Below are positions 17,152 to 27,066 of a DNA stretch of 34,272 nt, piece by piece. Numbering within the stretch: the first letter of the stretch is position 1; each line of letters opens with the position of its first letter. Source of the stretch: an uncultured Propionibacteriaceae bacterium (GTDB lineage: Bacteria; Actinomycetota; Actinomycetes; Propionibacteriales; Propionibacteriaceae); contig CAYWIN010000001.1 of assembly GCA_964458365.1 (NCBI GenBank), positions 1-34,272 of the forward strand. Direction: 5' to 3'. Made by a program: the position numbers and the translations under genes. The notes under the pieces were generated by a model. It did no database searches. It was not told where the DNA came from and saw only the letters and a program-made list of their open reading frames with translations.

Positions 17152-18030
17152 CTACCCAGCGTGCAGGTCAAGCTGCGCCATGCGCTGCAGGAATTCCGAA
17201 ACGCTGGCCGGATTTGCCCGCTGATCAGTCCAGCTGAGCCCCAACCGACGACTGGTTGCCGGAACCAGCGGCACAAACTCCACTTCGGGCTCTGTATGGC
17301 CAGGCGTCACAGGCAAGATCGCCACGCCCAGCCCCGCGCCCACCAATCCCGTGATGGTGTCGATCTCGCGCGACTCGAAGGCCACCCGCAGCTGAACCTG
17401 CGACTCAGCCAGCATCGGATCGATCACCTGTCGTAACTCGGTGGGACGGGCGAAAGCGATGAAGTCCTCACCATCTAGGTCGGTGCAACTCAGCCGCGAC
17501 CGTCGGCTCAATCGATGCCCGTGCGGCACCGCCACGCAAAGGCGCTGCTCCTCCAATTGCAGCCAAGCCAAGCCACTCGCGGGTCGAGGTGGGGTGGCAA
17601 AAACCACATCCAACTCGTCGCGATTGATCGCGGCGAAGAGGTCGCGGGAAAACCCTTGCCTCAGCTCGAAGCGCGCCTCGGGCGACACTTCACGGAAGGA
17701 GGTGACCAAGAGCGGCACGACGCCGCGCGCGACCGATTGCAGGAAACCCAAGCGGATCGGTGCCTGCGGCCCCGACAGCTGACGGACCCGCCGACGTCCC
17801 GCCTCGAAATCATCAATGATCTGAACCGCATCTACCTGGAACGCCTCTCCGGCTCGATTGAGTTCCAACCGACGCCCATGCCGGGTGAAGAGCTCCGCTC
17901 CAAGTTCAGCTTCGAGGCGGGCCAAAGCGCGTGAGACGTTTGACTGGTTGACCCGCAGCATGGCCGCCGCATCGCGGCTGTTCTCGGTCTCGGCCAGAGT
18001 GAGAAAGGCCTTCAGGTCAGATTCATTCAC
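17152..18030 (-). CDS. LysR-family transcriptional regulator
   Basis: N-terminal HTH (AAAMLRVNQSNVSRALARLEAELGAELFTR) and LVGAGLGVAILP. Divergent from the MFS gene. Confidence 0.95.
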   Translation of the reverse strand: MNESDLKAFLTLAETENSRDAAAMLRVNQSNVSRALARLEAELGAELFTRHGRRLELNRAGEAFQVDAVQIIDDFEAGRRRVRQLSGPQAPIRLGFLQSVARGVVPLLVTSFREVSPEARFELRQGFSRDLFAAINRDELDVVFATPPRPASGLAWLQLEEQRLCVAVPHGHRLSRRSRLSCTDLDGEDFIAFARPTELRQVIDPMLAESQVQLRVAFESREIDTITGLVGAGLGVAILPVTPGHTEPEVEFVPLVPATSRRLGLSWTDQRANPASVSEFLQRMAQLDLHAG

Positions 18031-18040
18031 CCCGCCACTT

Positions 18041-18059
18041 TAATGCGGATTCCGCATTA
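18041..18059. promoter_or_regulatory. LysR-type operator TAATGCGGA-T-TCCGCATTA
   Basis: Perfect 9-1-9 inverted repeat containing T-N11-A (18044-18056). It lies between the divergent lysR and MFS genes and overlaps the lysR -10 (TAAAGT). Confidence 0.7.
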
Positions 18060-18114
18060 GGAGCATCCTTTTTATCATTTCCCGCATTGCGTCGAGCGCG
18101 CCACACTGAGATCC

Positions 18115-19368
18115 ATGCCTTCGATTGCCGCCGCCAACGACCAACCCGGATACCGGATGGGCACCGCGCCCTACCGCCGGATGACGGTAGCCATGGTGGC
18201 CGGAGGCCTCGCCAACTTTTCGCTGCTGTACTTCGTCCAGCCCCTCCTCCCGATGTTGGCCGAGCAGTACAAGATCAGCCCTGCCGAATCCGCCAACGCC
18301 TTGTCGATCACCACCTTGGCGCTGATCGGCGGACTGCTGATGGCTGGTCCGTTATCGGACCGGTTTGGACGCGTCGCGATTATGCGATGGTCACTGCTTC
18401 TCTCTGGCCTCTTCGGACTCGCGACCGCCTTCGCACCCAACTGGGACATCCTCCTAACCCTTCGGGCCGCACTCGGTGTCACCGCGGCATGGCTTCCCGC
18501 CGCCGCCTTGGCATACCTCCGCGAGGAAGTTCACCCTTCCTCGCACGGACGAGCAAACGCGGCCTATATCGCGGGGACGGCCGTTGGAGGAGCAGCCGGA
18601 CGCCTAATTCCCGAGCCCATCGCCGCACTCGGCGGATGGACCAGCGCCGCACTGGTTATGAGCCTGCTGACCCTGGCTAGCGGGGCCGCAATGTGGTTGC
18701 TACTGCCCGAAGCCCACGGCTTCACTCCGCACCGGGTCGACGCCAAACAGATGTTGCTGGGCACGATCCGGGCTCCGCTCGATCCGGTTATCGCTCTACT
18801 CAGCCTGGCAGGTTTCGCCGCCTTAGGGACTTTTGTGGCCGTCTACAACGCCATGGCCTTTCGCCTCCAAGACCAACCTTTTGCCCTCGGACACGCGGCC
18901 GCACTGGTCTATTTGGCCTACCCGGTCGGAATTGCCGCACCACACCTTTTGCGGCGAGCGTCTGACCGAATCGGGCGCGGCAGCACCACCATGCTCGGCT
19001 CCATTGCCCTCTTGGTGGCCATTCTGGTTTCATCCGTGCCGACTTTGCCCGCCGTCATGGTGGGGCTGGGCCTGCTCACCTTCGCCTTCCTGGGCGTTCA
19101 TTCGCTTCTCAGCGGCTGGGTGGTTGCTCGGGCGGCACGACTGGGAATCGGCACCGCACAAGCCTCTAGCGCCTATCTGCTCAGCTACTACTTGGGCAGC
19201 ACGATCGCCGGATCCCTGGCCACCTGGCAGTGGCAGGTCAACGGATGGAGCGCTGTCGAGGTTCTCACCTTCGGACTCGCTGGGGTGGCGGCGTTGGCCG
19301 CTGGCGCAGCATCTCAGGTGGATCGCCGAACCGGGTTTTCACCGCAGGGGAAAGCTGCACATCTTTAG
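18115..19368 (+). CDS. MFS transporter (YnfM-like)
   Basis: About 12 hydrophobic segments, motif A (GPLSDRFGR), FSLLYFVQPLLP, and ASSAYLLSYYLGS. Confidence 0.9.
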   Translation: MPSIAAANDQPGYRMGTAPYRRMTVAMVAGGLANFSLLYFVQPLLPMLAEQYKISPAESANALSITTLALIGGLLMAGPLSDRFGRVAIMRWSLLLSGLFGLATAFAPNWDILLTLRAALGVTAAWLPAAALAYLREEVHPSSHGRANAAYIAGTAVGGAAGRLIPEPIAALGGWTSAALVMSLLTLASGAAMWLLLPEAHGFTPHRVDAKQMLLGTIRAPLDPVIALLSLAGFAALGTFVAVYNAMAFRLQDQPFALGHAAALVYLAYPVGIAAPHLLRRASDRIGRGSTTMLGSIALLVAILVSSVPTLPAVMVGLGLLTFAFLGVHSLLSGWVVARAARLGIGTAQASSAYLLSYYLGSTIAGSLATWQWQVNGWSAVEVLTFGLAGVAALAAGAASQVDRRTGFSPQGKAAHL

Positions 19369-19438
19369 GTTCCGACCCTCACTCGACGACTAGGCTTTTC
19401 GACATGCGCCGGGGTTTCCCCGGCGAGAGGGGACCCGA

Positions 19439-20203
19439 GTGTCAGAGGCAATCCGAGCCAGGGGGTTGGTCAAGAGCTTCGGAGCACTCCGTGCCGTCGA
19501 CCACCTGGACCTGAGCATTGAAACCGGGAGCTTCTACGGCATCGCCGGACCCAACGGCGCTGGAAAGTCGACCACGCTGCGGATGCTCACCGGGCTGCTG
19601 CGCCCCGACGAAGGAAATGCCGAAGTCAACGGCCAACCCGTGTGGCCCAATCCGCGCCCAGCCAAGGCCCTACTGGGTTTTGTCCCCGACAACCCCGTGC
19701 TTTTCGACCGACTCACCGGCCCCGAGATGCTGCAATACGCCGGCATGTTGCGCGGACTCCCCGAAGACCTGGTCGCCGATCGCTCCGCCGAGTTGCTCCG
19801 CGTCCTTGACTTGGACGGGGTCCGCGAGCGACTGATCGCCGACTACTCCCTGGGCATGTTGAAACGAATCGGTCTAGGGGTTGCCGTCCTACATAACCCC
19901 CGAGTGATGGTGCTGGACGAACCGTTCGGCGCCTTAGACCCAGTAAATGCCCAAGTCATTGAGGATTTACTGCAACGCTACCGCGAAGGTGGCGGGACCG
20001 TGGTTTTCGCCAGCCATGTGATGGACGTCGTGCAGCGGTTGTGCAACCGGGTCGTAGTGATCGCTCAGGGTCGAGTCGTCACCGAAGGTACCGTCGCCGA
20101 GGTGGCCGGAGGACGAAACTTGCAAGATGCCTTCATCGAGCTCGTCGGCGGACGCGACCTTGAGGAGGATGAGCTGTCATGGCTCTCGTCTTGGTCCGAC
20201 TAA
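19439..20203 (+). CDS. ABC transporter ATP-binding protein
   Basis: Walker A GPNGAGKST, signature YSLGM, Walker B VLDEP, H-loop SH. Confidence 0.95.
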   Translation: MSEAIRARGLVKSFGALRAVDHLDLSIETGSFYGIAGPNGAGKSTTLRMLTGLLRPDEGNAEVNGQPVWPNPRPAKALLGFVPDNPVLFDRLTGPEMLQYAGMLRGLPEDLVADRSAELLRVLDLDGVRERLIADYSLGMLKRIGLGVAVLHNPRVMVLDEPFGALDPVNAQVIEDLLQRYREGGGTVVFASHVMDVVQRLCNRVVVIAQGRVVTEGTVAEVAGGRNLQDAFIELVGGRDLEEDELSWLSSWSD

Positions 20204-21735
20204 GACTGCTCATCGCACGGCGAAATCGCGGCGGCGGACTGGGAGCCAGTACCTACTACTTCGGCAGTTGGGTCGTGGGGGTGCTTTTCGGCGCCATCAT
20301 CGGGCTGACGAACGCAGTCTTCGCTTCATCACCGGGTTTTGGTGACGCTCTACTGCTGGGAACCTTTGTGACGGTCTTCCTGCCGTGGATCTTTGGCCCG
20401 GTTCTCGAACCGACCCTGGCCGACGGGACCATCGACCCTCGCCGCTTGGAGCAGTTCAGTCTCAGCCGCACCCAACAACTGGTTGGGCTTCTGCTCGGCG
20501 CTCTCATCTCTCCCACTGCCGCATTCACCGCACTCGTCTCCTTGGGCGCGATCGCGGGGCTGGGATTGAGCACTCCCTCACGCCTGGCCGGCCTCGTTGC
20601 CGCACTGTGCTTTACCGTGATGTGTGTTGCCGTCTCCCGGGGCGTCCAAGCATTGCTCTTTCAATCCCTTCACACCCGTCGCGGGCGAGACATCGCCGCG
20701 CTCTTGGCATCAATGATGGTGCTGGGTCTGTATGCGGCTTCGGTCCATCTGCGCACCACCATCGAATCGCTCAACGATCAACTCGCCGGACCGCTGGGCC
20801 AATTCGCGAGCTGGACGCCGCCCGGATCTGCCGCACAAGCGATCATCGACGCGCGCGCTGACAACTGGGGTAGCTACGTCCTTCATCTGGTGGTGGTCCT
20901 GGCCACCACTGCCCTCGCGATGGTCGGCTGGGGTTGGGCATTGGAACGCGGCGTACGTGGCGATCTGTCGGGCCTGAATGCGCGACGCCGAGCGGTCCGA
21001 GAAAACCCCACACCCCTGCAACCATCGGGGATCGCATTGCTTCCCCCGTCGGTGTTGACCGCGGCCATGTCGCAACAGTGGCGCTACTTCTTCTTTCGTT
21101 CTCCCAAAGCCATCCAGACGCTGATCATTCCGCCGGTGATGGGGATCATGGTTGCGCACACTGCTTTTGGCGGGCTCGGCACCGTGGCGCAGGCGGCCGC
21201 GTTCAGCGCGTTGGCCGTGGTGGTAGGCAGCTTCAACATCTTTGGCTACGACGGAGTGGGTTTTCGATATCTCCTGGACTCAGGTACCCAAATGTCCCAG
21301 GTACTGCTCGGCAAAGCTCTGACGCCTTTGCTGTACTTGGTGCCGCTCCTGATCGGTTTCTCGGGCGTGGAGGGTTTCCTCAACCACGATCCCGCTTCGG
21401 TGCCCATGGCGATCATCGCCGGGCTGGGAGTCTTTGCCGTGGGCATAGGAATCGGCACCCAGTCCAGCATTTTCAATCCCAGCGATCAGTCCCGAGTCGG
21501 GCATCGTCAAGGAACGTTCCTCAAAGTCTTTGCCTGGTTCTCCGGCTTCTTCGTTGTCGTCCTCGCTGGCGCCTTTTGTTGGTCAGTCTTCGCCCGACAT
21601 TTGGGCCTGGTCGCGACCGCCATCATTTTGAGTTCGACCGCGCTGCTGGTTGCAGTGGTGCTGGTTCGTGGGGCCGGTCGACGCGTCGACGCTGACCCCT
21701 ACGACCTCCTGCGCCGGCTCAACCCGGCCGGGTAA
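20179..21735 (+). CDS. ABC-2-type transporter permease (actinobacterial multi-TM type)
   Basis: 518 aa polytopic membrane protein overlapping the ATPase stop. DGTIDPRRL, RRGRD and FNIFGYDG motifs. Confidence 0.8.
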   Translation: MALVLVRLRLLIARRNRGGGLGASTYYFGSWVVGVLFGAIIGLTNAVFASSPGFGDALLLGTFVTVFLPWIFGPVLEPTLADGTIDPRRLEQFSLSRTQQLVGLLLGALISPTAAFTALVSLGAIAGLGLSTPSRLAGLVAALCFTVMCVAVSRGVQALLFQSLHTRRGRDIAALLASMMVLGLYAASVHLRTTIESLNDQLAGPLGQFASWTPPGSAAQAIIDARADNWGSYVLHLVVVLATTALAMVGWGWALERGVRGDLSGLNARRRAVRENPTPLQPSGIALLPPSVLTAAMSQQWRYFFFRSPKAIQTLIIPPVMGIMVAHTAFGGLGTVAQAAAFSALAVVVGSFNIFGYDGVGFRYLLDSGTQMSQVLLGKALTPLLYLVPLLIGFSGVEGFLNHDPASVPMAIIAGLGVFAVGIGIGTQSSIFNPSDQSRVGHRQGTFLKVFAWFSGFFVVVLAGAFCWSVFARHLGLVATAIILSSTALLVAVVLVRGAGRRVDADPYDLLRRLNPAG

Positions 21736-22576
21736 GCGTCACATCAAATCCGCTGCTGTCCTGGCTTTCGATCAGAGCGCGCATCCGGGCAAGTCCGCGC
21801 CGTTCCAAGCGGCGCACGGTGCTGGCACTCACCTCCAAGCGTTCAGCGAGTTGCCCCGCAGTTGCGGGTTCACAGGCGATCCCGAAACGCATCCGAAGCA
21901 CCATGGCTTCGTCGGAGGCCAGCCGGGCGAGCAGACGCCGGATCTGGGAAAGGTAGATCCGGCGATCAAAGTCGGTCTCCTGGCGAGCAAACTGCCACGC
22001 CTGGTCGTTGAGATCTACCGCCACCGGCGCGCGATAGGCCAACAACTCCCGCACGGTGCGCGGCGGATATCCCAGTTCAGCGACGATCTGATCAACGAGG
22101 GCCTCACCACTCATCTGATGCTTCAGACGCGTCGCGGTTGCCCACACGCGACGATGTTGGGATGCCCGAGTGGGCGGCAAGGCAAGCTCCCCGAAACGAG
22201 TTGATGCCACGTCCGACAGGTGTTGGCCGACCCACCACATGGCATATGTGGAAAACCGTCCCCGCCGGAAATCGAACCTCTGGATAGCGCGGGCGAGCGC
22301 CACACACCCCTCTTGGAAAAGCTCCTCGGTGCGTAAACCGCTGTGTCGGGCGTTCTCGAGGGCCAACTTCTGCACCAATCGCAGATTCGCTGTCCAGAAC
22401 CGGGTCCACGCCTGACGACCCTGTTCGACGAGGGCAGCCAGCTCATCTGGCTGAGCCGGAATGGGACATTCTCCGGTGACGAGCAGGTGCTCGGCGAGCA
22501 CCCCGGCCTCAATGGCACGGGCAAGCTGCTTTTCATCAGCTTCGGTGAGTAAGGCGACGGCCTGGGAGCAAGTCAT
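21719..22576 (-). CDS. Divergent RpoD/SigB-like sigma-70 factor
   Basis: Region 1.2 LLTEADEKQLARAIEAG. Region 2 ANLRLV..QEG..AIQRFDFRRGRFSTYAMWW. Region 4 VLRMRFGI..LERRGLARMR. Confidence 0.85.
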   Translation of the reverse strand: MTCSQAVALLTEADEKQLARAIEAGVLAEHLLVTGECPIPAQPDELAALVEQGRQAWTRFWTANLRLVQKLALENARHSGLRTEELFQEGCVALARAIQRFDFRRGRFSTYAMWWVGQHLSDVASTRFGELALPPTRASQHRRVWATATRLKHQMSGEALVDQIVAELGYPPRTVRELLAYRAPVAVDLNDQAWQFARQETDFDRRIYLSQIRRLLARLASDEAMVLRMRFGIACEPATAGQLAERLEVSASTVRRLERRGLARMRALIESQDSSGFDVTLTRPG

Positions 22577-22685
22577 GAATCCAGCATCGCGGCGATCTGG
22601 GTTCGTGAACCCGGACCCGAACCTCCTGTGGACGGCAACACCTGGGCAACATCATTTGCCAAGGGGCCTCACAACGCCCGACTGG

Positions 22686-24545
22686 TCAGGAGGTGGCAGC
22701 AGAGGCGCCTGCGACGAGGGACACAAGCGCCTTACGGTCCGACTCCAGCTCGACGAGTCTGGCGAAAAGCTGCGCATAGGCCTCAGTGTCGGCCGTCGGA
22801 TCGGTGCGCTGCAGCTTCGACTTCAGCTCGGCGATTCGGTGCGCTAACGAACGTAGCCGGACCTGCCCGGCATATTCCGCCGCGTAGGCGACAGTGGCTT
22901 CGCGCAGCACCGGCTCAACCATGAGCGTCACGACGATGTCAGCCAGGACCGGATCAGAATTCTGCGTGGCCACACTGTGCGCCCAATCTTCGGCGTCACG
23001 ATCGGCCGCAGCAATCGCAGCGAACAGCGCCCGATAGGTGGGATGAGAAAAGTCCTCAGGCGTCACGAGGTTCCACTGCGCATCAAAGAGCTGCGGATAA
23101 CGCAGCATCAGCCGCAAAGTGCCGCGTTCTGGTTCAAGCTGCTGTGACTGAGCTGGCGGGACCCGCAGGCCTGGCGCCGGTTCCGGAGCCGGTTGCCCTG
23201 GATCTGTCGGCTGTGGACGGGAACGATTCCGGTGCTGGCCTGCCTTGACCTCTTTGCGGACCTCATCAGGATCCATCCCAATCAGCCTTGCTAAGTCCCG
23301 GATGTAGCCCAAGACCAGGCTGTTGTCTCGGATGCTCTCCACCAGCGGTGCCGCAGCCCGGACGGCGGCAAGGCGCCCGTCGGCACGATCCAGATCAAAG
23401 CCAGCGATCACGTTGCGCATGACGAATCGGTAGAGCGGTTCACGCCCCGCCACGAGTTCACGCACGGCCGAATCTCCGTCAGCCATCCGAAGGTCACAGG
23501 GGTCCATACCATTTCGCGCCACCGCCACGTAGGTCTGTGAGGCGAAAGAGTCGTCTCCTTTAAAGACTTTGAGTGCGGCGGCCTGGCCTGCGGCATCCCC
23601 GTCGAAAGTGAAGATCACTTCCCCGCCCGAGACGTCACCGGTGCCGAGCAGTCTTTGCAGTAGCCGGGCATGCCCCTCGCCGAACGCCGTCCCACAGGAG
23701 GCGACCGCGGTGTCCACGCCGGCGAGATGGCAAGCCATCACATCGGTGTAACCCTCAACAATCACGACCTGGTTTTTCTTCGCGATGCTGCCCCGGGCCA
23801 GGTCTAGCCCGTAGAGAACTTGGGATTTTTTGTAGACCGGGGTCTCAGGGGTGTTCAAGTATTTGGCAGGCATGCGATCGTCATCGAAGATCTTGCGAGC
23901 GCCAAACCCGAGCACCGAGCCACCCGCGTCGCGAATGGGCCACAGCACGCGACCTTGGAAAAAGTCCCAGCCTTGCTCGCGGATCAGTCCGGCCTTGACC
24001 AGCTCAGAATCGTTGAAGCCACGGTTGCGCAGATGATCCCTGAGGTCGTGCCCACCTCGCGGGGCGTAACCGATCCCGAAACGGGCCGCAGCGTCTCGGT
24101 CAAAGCCTCGGCCGTCCAGAAACTGGCGCCCCGGCAGCCCACCAGGGCCCGAAAGCTGCGCCAGGAAGTACTCCGCAGCGGCCTTATTTGCCTCCAACAC
24201 CCGCAACCGCAGGCCTGGCTCGAGGCGCGGACCGCCCGATTCGGTGTAGCGCAACTGAACCCCGGCTTTGTCGGCCAGAATCTCCACCGCCTCCCCGAAG
24301 GAGACGTTGTTGATCTTTTGGACAAAGTCGAAGACATCCCCACCAACGCCGCACCCGAAACAGTGGAAGAAGCCTCGGGCCGGAGTGACGTGAAACGACG
24401 GTGTCTTTTCATCGTGAAAGGGGCAAAGGCCCGTCAGCGAGCCGCCACCTCCGCGCCGCAGAGTGACATAACTGCCCACAACGTCTTCGATCGGAGAGCG
24501 CTCGCGCACGGTTTGCACATCTTCGGGATTGATCATGCCGGGCAC
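22686..24545 (-). CDS. dnaG: DNA primase
   Basis: Zn ribbon CPFHDEKTPSF..HCFGC, KYLNTPET, and TOPRIM motifs VEGYTDV and FDGDAAG. TACACT-N6-GTG leaderless start. Confidence 0.97.
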   Translation of the reverse strand: MPGMINPEDVQTVRERSPIEDVVGSYVTLRRGGGGSLTGLCPFHDEKTPSFHVTPARGFFHCFGCGVGGDVFDFVQKINNVSFGEAVEILADKAGVQLRYTESGGPRLEPGLRLRVLEANKAAAEYFLAQLSGPGGLPGRQFLDGRGFDRDAAARFGIGYAPRGGHDLRDHLRNRGFNDSELVKAGLIREQGWDFFQGRVLWPIRDAGGSVLGFGARKIFDDDRMPAKYLNTPETPVYKKSQVLYGLDLARGSIAKKNQVVIVEGYTDVMACHLAGVDTAVASCGTAFGEGHARLLQRLLGTGDVSGGEVIFTFDGDAAGQAAALKVFKGDDSFASQTYVAVARNGMDPCDLRMADGDSAVRELVAGREPLYRFVMRNVIAGFDLDRADGRLAAVRAAAPLVESIRDNSLVLGYIRDLARLIGMDPDEVRKEVKAGQHRNRSRPQPTDPGQPAPEPAPGLRVPPAQSQQLEPERGTLRLMLRYPQLFDAQWNLVTPEDFSHPTYRALFAAIAAADRDAEDWAHSVATQNSDPVLADIVVTLMVEPVLREATVAYAAEYAGQVRLRSLAHRIAELKSKLQRTDPTADTEAYAQLFARLVELESDRKALVSLVAGASAATS

Positions 24546-24587
24546 TCTCGAAGTGTAGGCCCTCAGACCGGGGCATAAAGGCGCGCT

Positions 24588-25703
24588 CTAACCGATCCCC
24601 CTCGGCAAGCGAACCGGGTCCCAGTTCAGCAAAGTCTGTGCAGTGGTGAAGGCGAAACGGTCCGTCATTCCGGCCACATAGGTCACGGCAGCACGGACAG
24701 GATCGGCATGTGCCAGGCTCCCTGCTCCGAAATCGGGAGGCATCGCGTGGGGGTGCTCGGCGAAAAACTCGACCAAAGCTCGCAGAACCGCAATGACTGC
24801 CGTGGACTGGGCCACCGAATCTGGACGGGTGTAGATGCGCTGATAGTTAAACTCGCGCATCGCAGACAACGCCTGGGCCGGTTCGGCCGCCATGCTCACT
24901 AATCCCGTTTCAGCTGTGGATTCGATGACCGATTGCACAAAGAGTCGAAGTTGCTGATGACGGTTTCGTCCCGCCACCTCGGCGACGACCTGAGGGAGGT
25001 CGTCGGGCGTCACGATGCCGACGCCGGTGGCATCTTCCAGGTCATGGGCGCAGTAGGCAATGCGATCTGCCCAGCTAACGATTTCGCCCTCCACTGTGGC
25101 CGGGGTCGGACGCGACCAGGAATGGTTGCGGATACCGTCCAGCGTTTCGGCGCATAGGTTGAGGGGCTCCAAGACCACGTCGGCGCCCCAGGGGCCATGG
25201 TCGTAGCCTTCGGTTAGGAATGCGTCGAAAGCCTCTTCAGAGGCATGCCCGCCTGGACCATGGCCGCAGTCGTGGCCCAGCGCAATAGCCTCGGTGAGCG
25301 CCACGTTCACACCCAAGCCGCGCGCGATTGAGGTAGCAACCTGAGCCACTTCAAGGGCATGCGTGAGCCGCGTTCGCTGGTGATCGGTGGGGAAAACCAC
25401 CACCTGGGTCTTACCCGCCAGCCGACGAAAAGCCGTGGAATGAATGATCCGGTCGCGATCCCGTTCGAAACAGGTGCGCTCAACATCGGCGGCTTCTTCA
25501 CGCTGCCGGCGTCCGGCCCCGATGGCCAAAGCAGCTCCTGGACGCAGATTCTGGGCTTCCCAGGCTTCACGCTGCTCGCGCAGGATCGGCGGCTGGGTGG
25601 CCAGTCTGGAGCCGGGCTCGGCATGGGCGCAGACGGCCCCGTCGGTGTCATGGCCGGCCATTGTTGTGGCCCAGGCTTTGGTCCGCGCATGCAACTCCGT
25701 CAT
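24588..25703 (-). CDS. dgt: dGTP triphosphohydrolase-like HD protein
   Basis: FERDRDRIIHSTAFRRLAGKTQV, RTRLTHALEV, HD motif GHDCGH, ADRIAY..HDLEDA and YVAGMTDRFA. Lies between dusB and dnaG. Start moved to ATG 25703. Confidence 0.88.
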   Translation of the reverse strand: MTELHARTKAWATTMAGHDTDGAVCAHAEPGSRLATQPPILREQREAWEAQNLRPGAALAIGAGRRQREEAADVERTCFERDRDRIIHSTAFRRLAGKTQVVVFPTDHQRTRLTHALEVAQVATSIARGLGVNVALTEAIALGHDCGHGPGGHASEEAFDAFLTEGYDHGPWGADVVLEPLNLCAETLDGIRNHSWSRPTPATVEGEIVSWADRIAYCAHDLEDATGVGIVTPDDLPQVVAEVAGRNRHQQLRLFVQSVIESTAETGLVSMAAEPAQALSAMREFNYQRIYTRPDSVAQSTAVIAVLRALVEFFAEHPHAMPPDFGAGSLAHADPVRAAVTYVAGMTDRFAFTTAQTLLNWDPVRLPRGIG

Positions 25704-25790
25704 GGCCTCATCATCGCAGCCCGCACCCACAAAGCGTCCCGTCAGGCACACCGCTGAGCCAGGCAGCGGGTGCGCCGCAGACATGGCCAG

Positions 25791-26969
25791 CTAGCCGCCC
25801 GATACGTCACACTCAGCGTCGCTGATATCCGCATGACCCAGCTGTTGGGAGTCGAGCCAACCGTAGGGAAGCACGACATGTTCCCGCGGTGTGCCCTGAC
25901 GTCCGCGCGGGTGCCCGAGCTCCGCCTGGGGAAATGGTTGACCGCCATCAAGCTGCTCGAGCAGACCATCAAGCTCAGCCAAACTGGACACCATGGCGAG
26001 TTGACGTCGCAGCACTCCGCCCACTCCAAAGCCTTTGAAATACCAGGCCATGTGCTTGCGGAGGTCAGTGAGCCCGTGTTTTTCGCCATAAAGCTCGGCC
26101 AACAGCTCCGCATGGCGGCGCACCATCGCAGCCACTTCACCCAAGGTGGGCAATGTGGGCTCAGGATGACCAGCAAAGGTCGAAGACAAGTCGCGAAACA
26201 GCCACGGACGCCCCAGGCAGCCGCGTCCGACTACCACCCCGGCACATCCGGTCTGTTCAACCATCGCCAACGCATCCGAGGCTTCCCAGATATCACCATT
26301 GCCCAAGACTGGAATGTCCAACAGTTCGACGAGTTCGGCGATCGGGGCCCAGTCCGCCTTGCCTGAATACGCCTCGGCAACGGTGCGGCCGTGCAGCGTG
26401 ATGGCTGCACAACCACTGTCTTGGGCGATCCGCCCGGCGTCACGATAGGTCAGGTGATCGGCGTCGATTCCCAGGCGAGTCTTGATCGTTACGGGCACCT
26501 GATATCGATCCGCCGCCCGGACGGTCGCGGTCAAGATCTCGACCAGGCGGTCGCGTTTCCAGGGCAGCGCTCCCCCACCGCCACGGCGAGTCACCTTGGG
26601 GACCGGGCAACCAAAATTGAGGTCAACATGAGTGACGCCAAATTCTCCACAAAGGATCTCCGTGGCTCGGGCCATCACCGCCGCATCGACCCCATAAAGC
26701 TGAACGGAACGCGCCTTTTCGCCGGGATCAAACCGCAACATGTCGAAGGTCTTCCGGATCCGCTCGGCCACCCCACGCGAAGTGATCATCTCCGAGACGT
26801 ACAGCCCCGGGCTGGCCCCGTCTACTGCGCCGTGGCCAGCCTCGGCCTGCTCGCGACAGAGCTGACGGTAGGCCGCGTTAGTAATTCCGGCCATCGGTGC
26901 CAAAACCACCGGCGGGTCGAGCACCAAATCACCACCCGAAGGCGACGAAAGGCGTAGCGGCGGCAACAA
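25791..26969 (-). CDS. dusB: tRNA dihydrouridine synthase DusB
   Basis: LAPMAGITN, DLNFGCPVPKV, LHGRT, GNGDI and GRGCLGRPW motifs. Confidence 0.95.
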   Translation of the reverse strand: MLPPLRLSSPSGGDLVLDPPVVLAPMAGITNAAYRQLCREQAEAGHGAVDGASPGLYVSEMITSRGVAERIRKTFDMLRFDPGEKARSVQLYGVDAAVMARATEILCGEFGVTHVDLNFGCPVPKVTRRGGGGALPWKRDRLVEILTATVRAADRYQVPVTIKTRLGIDADHLTYRDAGRIAQDSGCAAITLHGRTVAEAYSGKADWAPIAELVELLDIPVLGNGDIWEASDALAMVEQTGCAGVVVGRGCLGRPWLFRDLSSTFAGHPEPTLPTLGEVAAMVRRHAELLAELYGEKHGLTDLRKHMAWYFKGFGVGGVLRRQLAMVSSLAELDGLLEQLDGGQPFPQAELGHPRGRQGTPREHVVLPYGWLDSQQLGHADISDAECDVSGG

Positions 26970-27066
26970 CAGGGCCTCCCGAGAATCTGGTTGGTGTGAC
27001 CGTCCCAGTCTAGGGACTCCCCCAATTCATCAGTTCACGCATTCGCCACCTGGCTAGGCTGGGAAC

